Shown here piece by piece: positions 52,200-64,000 of a DNA stretch of 64,000 nt; position 1 is the first letter of the stretch; each line of letters begins with the position of its first letter. The stretch spans positions 19,456,767-19,520,766 of the forward strand of contig OZ037766.1 in the NCBI GenBank assembly GCA_964035545.1, given 5' to 3'. Both the position numbers and the translations under genes were made by a program. The notes below the pieces were generated by a model, which did no database searches, was not told the origin of the DNA, and worked only from the letters and a program-made list of their open reading frames with translations. Source of the DNA: Bugula neritina. Its lineage: Eukaryota; Animalia; Bryozoa.

Positions 52200-53560
52200 A
52201 TTTTTTTATAATAATGTTGTGTAAACATGTCTTGAATTGATTTGGTTCCCTCCTTTCACAATTTTTTCGGCTAACTTTCTGGAATATAGAGATGATACTA
52301 GCATTTGTCCTATGCTGGGGTACACTCTGCTCCTTCTAAACAAAAAGAACTAGCTGGTGCAGTTTAAACATTATTTTTGCTCTTTCGTATGTCCGTATCC
52401 CTGATGGGATCCCACACTGATATTCCAGGTGCTTTACTTTTTCCTGATGCATCAATTTCATCCACAACTTCCGTCAAGTCTGGAGGCTCAAAGAGACAGT
52501 GTACCTCTGGTCCTTCCTAAATAACCACGGCAGTCTTTGCATTCAGAGTATTAAGTATAGTCAGGAGTTTGTCAAAATGGTCAGTAAACCTGTTGATGAT
52601 TTCTGACTACTTTACTGCTATCTAGAGCCGTAAGCTGGGTTGTACTTCATCTAACAGGCCCATATACTTTTTGTAGTCTACCATAAAATAGTAGTCACAT
52701 AATTCAATAGGTGCTAGTGCTTGGACCAATGATGAATCTAAGTGACTGTGATGTTCCTTGTGCTCTTGTGCTTAAAAACAATGTTGGTGATCCCTAATCC
52801 ATACCCGCGGCACAGTGCCAACATTAGTTCTCCATTGGAGTTACACTTCCCAGTCCTGTGTAAGCCAATAATGCCATCCCATTTATCCTGTTCACATCCA
52901 AACCTTGCATTGAAATCTCTTGTTGAGATTAGCTTATTTTTCCTAGGGACCTTAGAAAAACCTTCTCTACAGTGGCTGTAGAAGGTTTCCTTGTTTTCAT
53001 GGGATTAGTCATTGTTGGTACAAAACATTTGCAATTGTAACATATGCATTCTAGAGGCAAGCACATTGTCATTAACCTATCAATAACAGGTGATGGGTCT
53101 CCTTTCAGAAGGTGTAAAATTGTGCTTCTAATTGTGTAACCTACTACAAAACCTCTCCTTTCTTCTTCACTCTCGTCACTCCAGAATAATGTACACTTAC
53201 CATCCATTAGACTGTTGAAGCACATCAAGCAAGTTCTACTGAGTGCAGCTTTGTCTACTGTATATCCAGTGAATTTCTTTGCAATCAAAGCAGCCTGTCA
53301 TTTAAGATTCTTTTCTAGATTCGCTTTCAGCATATATGTAAGAGTATATTGACCGGCAAAGACAAGCCAAAATGTGTCATGAGTCATTATTAAGCTGCTG
53401 TGATTGACCAGCAAACTAGTTTGTTTCCACTCGTGAAGGTGTTGCATACCCCTTTCTTAGCTGGCCCACCAGAGGCCTTTATGACAGATGTGATTTTTGT
53501 TTAGTCAGGATGACTAGATCACCTTCTTTATTGGGCAGGCCTGATAAATTGTCATTGGAG
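52200..53560 (-). mobile_element. Decayed RTE-clade LINE 5' portion (AP endonuclease region)
   Basis: TLFWS..RRGFVVGYTIRSTIL..IDRLMTMCLPL..PTM, DFNARFG, CNSNGELM..ITNI motifs; KAPGISVGS-like motif near 52420. Confidence 0.8.
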
Positions 53561-54337
53561 TCGCCGATAATTCGTTCTGAGACTGATTGTACTGGGCTAC
53601 ATGTTTACCGATATAGACATCAAATGTACACCTTAAACAAATGAAACCAGCTGCTTTGCATTTCTAGGCATTTTAAAATATTCTTGAAACAAAACAATTC
53701 TTGATTCTAATGCCTCAAATTTGTCATAATTTTTTAAAAATAATTGTCTGGTATTCCTTAGCTCGCATTATTACTGGAGTTATACCTCATGTAAGATTTT
53801 AAGTGATGTTTATCATTAGACTTTTAGTTGCACAATAAATCCATGATAGTGGGTAAAAATACTTTAGTTATTACATGACTGCTTATTATAATTTATATTA
53901 TTTATGGTAGAATAGTACGAACACTTTTTATGTAATATTCAATACCATCCTATTCTCTTTAATATTTGTGGACGTGCATATGTGAATGTGTAAATAGTTC
54001 ATAAAGCAATTTGTAGAAGACACTTATTTATTAACCACCGACTTTGTATCTCTTAAGCCAGCGCTCTAACTCATAGGCTACGGCTCTCCTATAACCTTTA
54101 CAATATAAAACATACAAATATTCTACAATTGGCAGTTTAGATAATATTTCCCAAATAGCAAAATTAGGCATTATCCTAGTTTCTTTCATAAATTGATCAT
54201 TGGCTATGAATTGCAGAAGTTAGAAATCTGGCTGGTTGTTGAAGCTAAATTTATTGACGTGTTGGTTAAATATACTGCTAATTTGCTTTGAGAGGAAATT
54301 GAAAAAACACATACTTCTACTTGCAGATGCTAAATAC

Positions 54338-57300
54338 ATGAGAATGGAGATGAGCAACACTGCATCCAATACGGCTTTAGTGAAAATAGTGAACTTACAG
54401 ACCACAGGTTAGATTTTTGTCCCAAAACTGTTCGACTTGTCCATTCCTTCAATCACATATATATTGGTATTATTAAATACAACTAACTTATGTTTATAGT
54501 CTCCATCTCTGCGATAAACCTTGATGGTAATTTTTAAGCAGGCTATTGACTTGTTTCTATTGTGGCAAAGTAGCAACTATGACTGAATTACCTTTCTAGC
54601 ATCATCAATGGCCTTCACTAGGATTCGAACCACTGACCTTGTGTTTGCTAAGCTCATAGACCACTGCTGCTCCATTATCATATTGTTGAATGCAACTGTG
54701 GTTCTTTTTATTATTAATTAAAATGTTTTTGCAGTACTAGGAGATTGGCCTAAACCTACAAATTTGCCAGTTCCAGACACCCACAAGGCAACACTAGAGG
54801 GCAGAATTTATATTCCAGCTGAGTTTAATACTTTTTTGAAGAAGTTAAGAAAAGAATCATCAAGTGAGTTAAAAAATAGTTATAAAGGCGCCCCAATTAC
54901 ATTAATACTGAGCAACATAAGGACTTGTACATTATTCACTACTTACTAATAATGTAAATCACTTACCTTATAGTGTTTCTTGTGTTGTATAGTATTATTT
55001 GCATCTAGCATACAGGCGATGAAAATTCTGATTGTCATTTATTCAAAGAGCTTGCAAAATACATTTTGCCATTTAACAGATTTTAATCCAGACTCCAATG
55101 TTTTACTTAACAATAATATATTTATTAAATGAATCTCATATCTGTATATATGTCAGCACACAGGAGCCTTTCAAAGTACTCATCTATGCTACAACTTTTT
55201 CTCAAATATGAAAATGTAGACATATAAAGGCAGTTTTATACCGTTTAGAGTAATTTTAAGTGTACAATAGCTTTAATTCATATATCTACTTTACTTTTAG
55301 TAGCAAGAGCCTGTTAGTTATAGCATTTCCTACTATTTTAGTTGAGCATGATTTGAAGAATAGCCCGGAGTCTGCTAGACTTTCTATTGAAACATATCGA
55401 CATGAGTTACCAGCTGACTTCTTCAATGTGTGCATACTACCCACAGATCATGCTAATAATTTTCATGGTAAGCATCACTAACAGCTGCTTGTCAAAGAAA
55501 ATCATATTTGTCACAAAGTTTGCAGAATGTGATCTTGTGTTGTGTGGTTTCTTCCAGAGAATGTTCACATTCATTCTAAGGTGTTAAAAGACAGGAGACT
55601 GATGAAGCGAAGTAGACCAGCAGTAAAAGCCAGTTCAGGCGAAAAGTTAAACACTCACAACTCACTCCTACCACATTGGGCTTCTTCGTCTTCATTGTAT
55701 GTAGACACAAAGTTTATCATAATTGATAATGAACAATAATGTAGTTGTTGGTATAAATTTTAAACACAAATTGATGTAAATTAAGAAGTATTATGCATGG
55801 TTTTTATGAGCGTGTGCATTCACGGTAAATCTATATTTAACTTTTTAGGCATCGGAGTATAGTTTTCAATTGATAATCTTATCCCCATTTTCAGTTTTTA
55901 GAGTGCAGTGTAATTTTTATTTTAGAAAGCTATCAGTGTCATCTGATTCTTCTCAAGGTGCTCGTGGAGCAAGGTCTAGAAATATGCTAGCCAATCACCG
56001 CAATCACCATGTTATCCCACCTTTTCTGATGCATATCAATGATAAAACCCAGTGCTGGTACCGCGACCATCAATCTGGTACTGCTGATACTCCTTTACAA
56101 TTGTTTACGCAGTATTCTTCATGTGCATCTGCGTCTTTAATCTCACCTGAGGTATAGTTTGTAGTTCAACTGGTAAATTACATATACTGATAGGATTAGG
56201 GCCACTGTCAGTATTATATAATTTTATGTCACAGTATTGGGTGTTAGTTAAAACCAGTGCTATTGATCTGCAGCCGCTCAACTTGGCATTCTCAAAGTCA
56301 TGCTGACTGCAATAAGTGAAACTTGATATATCTAATTCAATTCTTCTGTGTGATAATTTAATTTCATAGTTGAACTAGATACTTATTCTAACAAAAAGTG
56401 TATGAACTATTAAGTATTAAACACTAACATTGTTCGTAATATTATTATTCCATCAATTAGCTGTGGTCAACTTGAGATTTAGACATGAAGAACTATCATG
56501 TGCTCACATAACAAACCTCTATACTGTGTTATATACTCTTAATATTTCAATGCTCTGTTTTTAGTCCAAAAGATTTTCTAAGCAAGAAGTGACTACCCAA
56601 TCAGTTCATGCTGACTATCAGTTTGTAAGTAGTCACTGATTCATGCTGACTAACAGTTTGTAAATAGTCACTGATTTTGTCTTTTTTACAGACATAATTT
56701 TCTAACATAGTACTTTATTTCAAATTTTAACCCTAAATTTTTATTATTTTTTTAATAAAAAACCAGTTAAAGTCAGCTAAAATTATACATTTTAGCGCCT
56801 AGCATACTACTCGTATTTACTCATTTTCAGTTTGTATGTTCCATGTATGTCATCACTTATTGATTATGTTTTTGTCAGGGTTTCGTAGGAAAATCACAGT
56901 CACTATTTTCTCACCAACGATCTGAGACTGGTTTCAAAAGATGGTTGTCATTGCTTTTGCATGCTAGAAGAAAGCAACAACCACTGCATCTTATAGAATC
57001 TGATACAGCTAGGTAAGTTGCTATGCTTTTTCTATATAAAAACTTCATAATTTGTGGTTAAAAGATGTTTTATCATTTAAATATTATATACTAAAATTGT
57101 ATTATTTGTCCTGCTTAGTATGTTGCTTGCATGTATATGAAACAAAATTTTTATAACTACTCGCACACTTTTCAAGATTACATGATCACATTGTAAATAC
57201 TTTATTCAGCAATAATGACTGTGTTTTGTCATAGTTCTATAATAACTACTTTCATCATAATTGCTCTTTATTTATACTGTTGAAAAGTGTTAACATCTAT

Positions 57301-60300
57301 TGCTGTGTAGTAGAGTTTATCAAAATTAGGCTTTACAAGTTTCTTGCAGCATTACCTTTACAAAGTTGAGTGTAATGTACATTTAATGAGATACAATTCA
57401 TTGTTTTATAAAATGTACATGCAAAATCAGTGCTAACATCATCTGCTAAGATTAGTGGATCTGATTTTAGCCCTGAAGTTTCATCAGAGAAGCCATTATC
57501 TGTAGCATCTTTACCTTCGGATCCACTCATACCTAAAATGCTCAGTGCCCCTGCCTCTCTTCCACGCATGAAAGGTCCTCTTCCACGAGTCAAAAGTCCC
57601 ACTGAACTTTCTCTCCGAGCGTCTGTTTTGCCACAAGGTACACTAATTATGGTTAGGATTTTCATTTTCATTATAGTTATTTTGTACATTGAGTTGACAA
57701 TGAGTTTTCACTTTTGCATCTTATTTTTATATAATACTGTATGTTTCAATTTTACGCACATTTGTGGTGAAATCAGCAGTATTTTGGAGTTGCCTTTTCT
57801 TTTTTTGCTCTGTCTTTGGACAAGCGACTACTAATTATAGTTGTTTTCTCAACACAATTTATTATTAAACTTTTGTTTTTGATGCCAGGTTTCACGAAGT
57901 GCTTCAACGCTGCTTTGTATAACTGCATTAATGAGCAAATAAATTGTGGCGTCTCTGTAGCAACTGATGGATCTGTTTTAAAAGAGAATTCTGTATATCA
58001 CTTTTGGTGAGTTAGTCTAAAGAAAAAAAGAAATATTTTTTTGGTATCTCTGTTTGATGATTTTGTTGTTGAAAAACTAGTAAGCTTTAGTCTTTTAAAA
58101 CTTATATTAATTAATAAATTGTTATGTCTATGCTATATTGACCATATCTTATGTATTTTAACCCAGTCGGCATATCAAAGGGATAGACTTCAGCAATTTA
58201 AGCTATCGTATTTGCCACGCAGGAGCTATTCAATCTTATGTTCCAATAATTACTGGCAAGTTAGAAGTTGAACTTCCAGGTTTTATGGCTGAAGAGTGGT
58301 TCAAGGCACAAAACTTATCCTCTGTACCTATCAAATCGTGCATACCTGGCCCTTTCACTATCATACAGATGCTTTCTATATGTGGGTATTTTATTAATTG
58401 GTACTGTTTTAAATATCTTAAATAACATTTTCTAGCAGTACATAAATTTAGCGTTGTAAATTTAATAGTGACTGATATAAAAATGTAAAATGATGAATAT
58501 ATTGTGTCTTTTCAGTTGGTTACTGAGGCTTATTTAACCTAATAGCTTTGCAATGAAAGTGTTATACTTTGATGTACCATTAGTAGTTTTTTTGTCTCAA
58601 AGCTATACTATATCATCTATTAACTATGTGATGTAATTTTGCTGTTTTTTTTTAATTTTTTTGGTTGCTAACCTACTGAATAAAAAGTAAAGTCTTGATG
58701 TGACTATTTGTACATAGATTACAAGTGCTAACATTTTAGTATTCATGTCACAGGTGGAAAGGCCTACCCTTATGGTAGCTCTGCTACTTTGTTATCTGAT
58801 CTAATAGCCATCATATCAAAAGAGGTGCTCTTGCTGTATAGCAAAGGTTGTCGACATGTTCAAGTAGATGAGCCATATTTAGCTGACATTGGAGAAAGTG
58901 TAGGTGCTTCTGAGTTCATTGGCAAAATGAAGAAGATGGCTGCATGTTTTGAAGTAAGTTATTCTATTTATATGGCATGAAAATGCACGATACGAATTGT
59001 ACTCATCTTTAAATGCCAACGTAGCTAAACTAACACAGCAAGAGTTTGAACAATTGGCTTGAAATTTACCAGGGAAAAGCAGCTAAGGGAATGCTTTTTT
59101 TCTGGCAACTAATATTGCCCATCAAATATGTCACTTTAATTACATGATGGTATTATGTGACAGGGTGGCATTTCTTTATTGGAGTTTCTGTACAGTTAGA
59201 TTTAATGATTTCTCGGAAGTACCTCATTAAATTAAAAAGGTTACTTATACAATTTATACAATTACATGAAACATTTAAAATGTGTATTAAAACAGCAATA
59301 CATTTTTAGCTCTAATCCTCTAGTCATCCTTCAGAATGAAAAAAGACTAGAGATGATGACTCAATGTTTGCTTCTTATAAACATTCACTTACACCAACGA
59401 CTCATTAATGAAGATATGGCATAACCATCCAAATACACGACATTATTTTTTCTTTTAGAAAGTCAGCTCATTGCCTTTATTTAGCAACAAAACACTTGGT
59501 TGACTTAAATTGGACGAACAATGCTTTGCTCAACTTTAGCAGCATAAGAGTTGACTGTGTAGGCTGCTTAAATACAGTAGGAGTTGTTTACTCTCTGAAC
59601 ATGGCGCTGAAAAGAACTAAGAAAAGCCGTAATACTCTTGAAATGCCACCTACAAATATTTAAAAGAATTAGCTTATGTTGAATTGACTGATCACTTGGT
59701 TCAGATTGATAGCTTAGTAGTGAGTTGTTAACAGATGAAATGTTTATGCTATTTTATATGTCGTTCATTTTCTCATTAAATTTTTTCTCAACTTGTCAGT
59801 AGTGCTTAGCTGGTATACTCTAATTTATATGGTAATGTTTATTACTAGAAAGTTCCATGGAACTCATCAGCTAGACCAGAATCAGGTGAAAAGACAAAGC
59901 CTCCTGTGATGAAAGTCTATCTCCATGCATGCAGCAGACTCAATATAGTGAGTTGAAGCTGATTGTCTGAGTAAAGTCTAATCTACAGTCTCCAGCAATC
60001 ATCCGCAGCAAACATATAAAATGACTGAGTTATGTCTGCCTCTTCTCTACTACTAGTCCTACATACGTGTTGCATGTGACATTATGATGTTGTAGTATGG
60101 AAGCGAATCCCGAGTACAACAGAGCAGCCCTTCACTCAGTCTACTTCTTGAAACTGCTGATAAACTGGGCTTCTATGCTGGTGAGTTATTGCGCTGGCTA
60201 TGACTGGTGCACTATACTTGGTAATTGTGTTATAGTATGAATACTAATTATATGTTATGATATATGCTTGATTCTTGTGAAACATACTTTAATATATTAT

Positions 60301-62932
60301 TATTGTATTTAAAGTGTATAATTTACTATAGTATACTATATGTATACTCACAGTGTGTGTAGAATATATTGTAACTTACTATAGTGTATATACTTGGGGT
60401 GTGTAGAATATATTATAACTTACTAAAGTATATGTATTTACAGTGTGTAGAATATATTATAACTTATTATAGTATATGTATTTACAGTGTGTAGAATATA
60501 TTATAACTTACTCTAGTATATGTACTTACAGTGCGTGTAGAATATATTATAACTTACTCTAGTATATGTACTTACAGTGTGTGTAGAATATATTATAACT
60601 TACTCTAGTATATGTACTTACAGTGTGTGTAGAATATATTATAACTTATTATAGTATATATACTTACAGTGTATGTAGATTATATTACAAGTTACTCTAG
60701 TATATGTACTTACAGTGTGTGTAGAAGACATAGGTAACCTTGACCTCAAGCAGTTGCTACACACTAAGAAAACTAAGATAGTCCTGGGATGCAGCGACTC
60801 GTTTGATAAGACTGTGGAAGCTGTATCTGATATACGTAGACGTCTTCTGGAAGTACTGCTCTATATACCAGCTAGCCGTCTCATCACTAGTGTCACCTGT
60901 GGACTCAGCTCTCTCTCTCAGAGTAAGCTGCTCAGACATACACTGTTGTTCCTGTGCTGCAAGATATAGAGTACAGAATACTGAACTGAGAACAACATAA
61001 CTATTCATTGTTGAAATTTTGGTTTTAAATAACTTTGATAACAGTTTGAAACTATTGCCTTTTAGTTTTCCTTTCATGCATATCAACATAAACAATGAAG
61101 TATTTATAAACTGCACCCACAGGTCTGGCATCCAGAAAGCTACTTAATGTATGCGTTGCCTCCCAACAGCTTGTAGTTCCCTCCCATACTTATTATAATG
61201 CAGACAATGCTCATCGAAAGACAACGTAAGTTTAATATAAACAATTAGTATGCTTTTATTATGGTATTGATACGCTACTAGAAAAAGCTATAATATTACA
61301 TTATTTGGTTGAGGTTGAATTTTGATTTCAAATATGTGTCGGTATTACATTATGACATAAACTGTAACAATCGACCAGCAAAAGGGCTATGCAAGAAAAT
61401 GGTTGAGTTTTATTGATCGAAACTGAGCCTTAGTATGCAACTGTAGCTTGGAACTGTATGTTCTTGGCTGTTTCTGTAGCTCGTCTAAGAGGTTTCAGAA
61501 ATCTCCAAGACCAAAGCCGGCATTCAAGTCTGCAAAGAAACACCAACCTGTGTACTCTGTTAAGAAGAAGGACAGCAGACAAAAAGTAAATCTATTGAGC
61601 ATAAGGTCTAGTCACTAGCAGTCAGCGACAAACAGCCACAAAGTTTGTTGTTTTTAAGAGATTTTAAAGTTTCAAAACACAACTTTTTGAAGCCAACCAC
61701 TCTGTTGCAGAAGCTTGCAGCTGCTGTTGATCTGCTTGCATCCAGAAGTCAAGATGATAGGCTAAACATAGATTCACTGGAAAGCCAAAGTTCTTCTATT
61801 GCTGAGATAGATTCCACAAGGTGTGTTGGTGCTGCTGATAAGACAAGTGACAGCACTGTCAGTATAGCTAGTAACATAACCACTTCGCCTGGTGGCATCA
61901 GCAGGTCACATGATGATGTAGAAGTTGCTGACCAATCAGTGGAGAGTGGTGGTCAGCCTAGTAGTCCTGCTATGAGTGTTAGTATGGGGGACACCAAGAA
62001 TAGTAAGCCTCACTATGAGAGAGAAGATGAAGTGGAAGATGCTGCAGGTACAACTACTTGTATATATATAACTTTAGCTTCAACATGAATAAGTAGGAGC
62101 TTCGTATTAGGGCTTTAAAAGTGGTCAGTGGTTCAAATCTCAGTAAAGGCCATTGGCGATGTTATGATGGGCATTCAGCCATAATTGCTCCTTGCAATAG
62201 AAAACAAGTCATTAGTCTGCTTAAAAGACCTTCACCACCAGGGGACCTAACAGGGATAGAGACTATCAACATACTAGAGTAGAGCAGAATATTACATCTA
62301 AACCAAAAGAAAGCGAATTGTAATGACGAAAAATCCTATAGTTTTGTTTTTCCGCTATTATCAAGGCTTTTGTTCTATATTAATAATTTAAATTATAAAA
62401 ATAAATTTATTAAACTTACTGATACATTTGAAAAAAAGGCTAAAATTATCGAATTCGTTAACTATGATTCTAGTAGTTTTAGTTATTGCTAAAGACAATG
62501 AATAACGACTTAGTAAAATTTTCACGATAACTGTCATGGGTTAGTGAATAACTCAAAGTAGTTTTTTAATATATCGTTATTCATCTGATTAAACTTTTAT
62601 TCTTTGTTCTATTTTACTATTTAAAATGCAGTTGTTATATATGTTACCTTAAATTAACTTAGCATTTGTATGTGCTATGAAGTAATATTGTTTTAATGTC
62701 TTTAAAGTTGTCCTCTTTTTTTAACTGTGTTCTAATCATTTTGCCTATATTATTACCTACCTCATAATGCGAATTTTATCTTTAATTAGACCATGGTTAA
62801 AGTTGCTACACTGTTCATAACTCTATTGACGTGTGTATCTGAACTATAGGTGAATCAACTCTTGTCAATCTACAACAGCCGTCAGTTACCTGTGGTAGTA
62901 TTAATACAAGTACATCAGCTACTTGTTCATAA
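54338..62932 (+). CDS. Cobalamin-independent methionine synthase catalytic-domain (MetE C-terminal/core type) protein with large internal insertion and C-terminal extension
   Basis: Exons approx 54338-54407 + 54735-54863 (LQTTVLGDWPKPTNLPVPD); insert exons 55342-55467, about 55558-55640, 55926-56151, 56565-56624, 56879-57011, 57471-57637; then 57889-58006 (EQINCGVSVATDGSVLKENSVYHF), 58167-58381 (CRHIKGIDF..EEWFKAQ..PIKSCIPGPFTI), 58754-58953 (GCRHVQVDEP), 59849-59947 (YLHACS), 60096-60180, 60716-60921 (VCVED..IVLG..VEAVSDIRRRL..IPASRLITSVTCGL), 61124-61224 (ASRKLLNV), 61480-61585, 61711-62047, 62850-62932. The start may extend upstream. Confidence 0.8.
54495..54672 (-). mobile_element. tRNA-derived SINE, diverged subfamily
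   Basis: Shares head and core (ctatgactgaa..catcaatggcc..ttcgaacc..agaccactgctgctcc). Confidence 0.75.
60320..60725. repeat. About 46-bp minisatellite overlapping an intron 3' splice site, about 8-9 copies
   Basis: Unit cagtgtgtgtagaatatattataacttactctagtatatgtactta; the last copy runs into the exon VCVED. Confidence 0.9.
62096..62270 (+). mobile_element. tRNA-derived SINE, diverged subfamily
   Basis: ggttcaaatctc B-box-like; ggccattggcgatgttatgatgggcattcagccataattgctcc core; cagggatagagactat 3' part. Confidence 0.75.
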
Positions 62933-64000
62933 TGTTGCAGTGTGAATAAAGAAGTAGCCTATGTTGTTCTATTTTCGTTTTCATCTTATGTCCTCCAGAT
63001 GTTAAGAAAAGATTTTGGCAGTCTGTTGGCGTGTTTGGAGAAAAGGGTGCTCTGCAGCAAATGATTATCAGTATGACTGAGCAACTGTTATCTACAACAA
63101 GAAGGACAATGTTTATCTATAGAAAGAAATACTCCAACTGCTCACTTCGTAAAGGACTAAAGAAATGGAAGTATGTCCAAGTCTTGCCACTTCTATATGA
63201 GAGTTGTGTACCAAATAAATAGTAAACCATGTGTGATGTAACACATGCATGCAGTTTGTCATGAAAATTTTGCTATAGGAGTTTTCTTCTTCTATAATGT
63301 ATAAACAACTCATCCATTGCTCATAACATTAGGGGTGGCTCAAAATCTTGTGCTGGAATCCTGACATCACCTGTTTAACTTCTGGTTTTAAAAACAAAAC
63401 ATTAGCTTCCTTGATTGTGAAAATAACTCTGAGAGGGAAAATTCCAAATCACAGAAGTGGTGCCATTCGCCAGTTCAACTCACCATATTGTATGATGTAT
63501 CCATACTTTATTATTGTTAGCGTTTTTCAACACTGTCATCTCAACAACTTAATTAACTCAAGATTTTTACAATTCTATTTGCATTATAAAGCATCGTGTT
63601 GTGAACTACCAACAGGAATGTGGGAATCTATATGAAGAAGTTGTTAACTGAAGCACAGCACGACCTGTCCATAGGGCCTTCTCTACTATTTAAACATTAC
63701 GATGCTGTGAATATTTCAACTGAATTCATTGGTGAGTTTATGATAGATAACCTAACAGAAACATACTTCGAGTTTATTAATCATTTATATTTAACAACTG
63801 TACCAATACAAATCAGTAATTTAGTTCAGTAATATTTTTAGTGTTATTTATTTGGTTGTATAGAGATGTAGAAATGTCACTAAAGGGCACCTGCAATAAT
63901 CTATCAATAAATGGAATGGAATTGACAATTTCCTTTAAAAAGCAAAGTTAACAAGTTCAAAGCATGGGATATGTTTTCCTCTTTTAGGTATACCTGAATT

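Overview
AT-rich, intron-rich eukaryotic genomic DNA from an invertebrate animal, not prokaryotic; most short ORFs in the track are noise or single exons. Five host genes were reconstructed by hand from splice sites and reading frame: (1) a + strand intermediate-filament/lamin-like gene with a full coiled-coil rod and an LMNTD1-type lamin tail domain but no CaaX (9132-23093); (2) a - strand secreted precursor with basic cleavage sites and a C-terminal CC-C-C-CC (anaphylatoxin-like) domain (27376-24038); (3) a solitary replication-dependent histone H1 with 3' stem-loop (36166-36768); (4) a - strand winged-helix plus nucleoside-phosphorylase-fold gene (47543-37070); (5) a + strand cobalamin-independent methionine-synthase catalytic-domain (MetE C-terminal/core type) gene that keeps the predicted His/Cys/Glu/Cys zinc ligands but is split by a large multi-exon insertion and has a long tail (54338-62932). 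Mobile DNA: decayed RTE and CR1-type LINEs, an internally deleted Gypsy element with complementary-truncated LTRs, a tRNA-derived oligo(T)-tailed SINE family, hAT MITEs (including a 35-bp one), and mini/microsatellites. Putative promoter islands are bracketed by degenerate AGT/ACT/AAT triplet tracts. Exon models are manual and unverified by transcripts.
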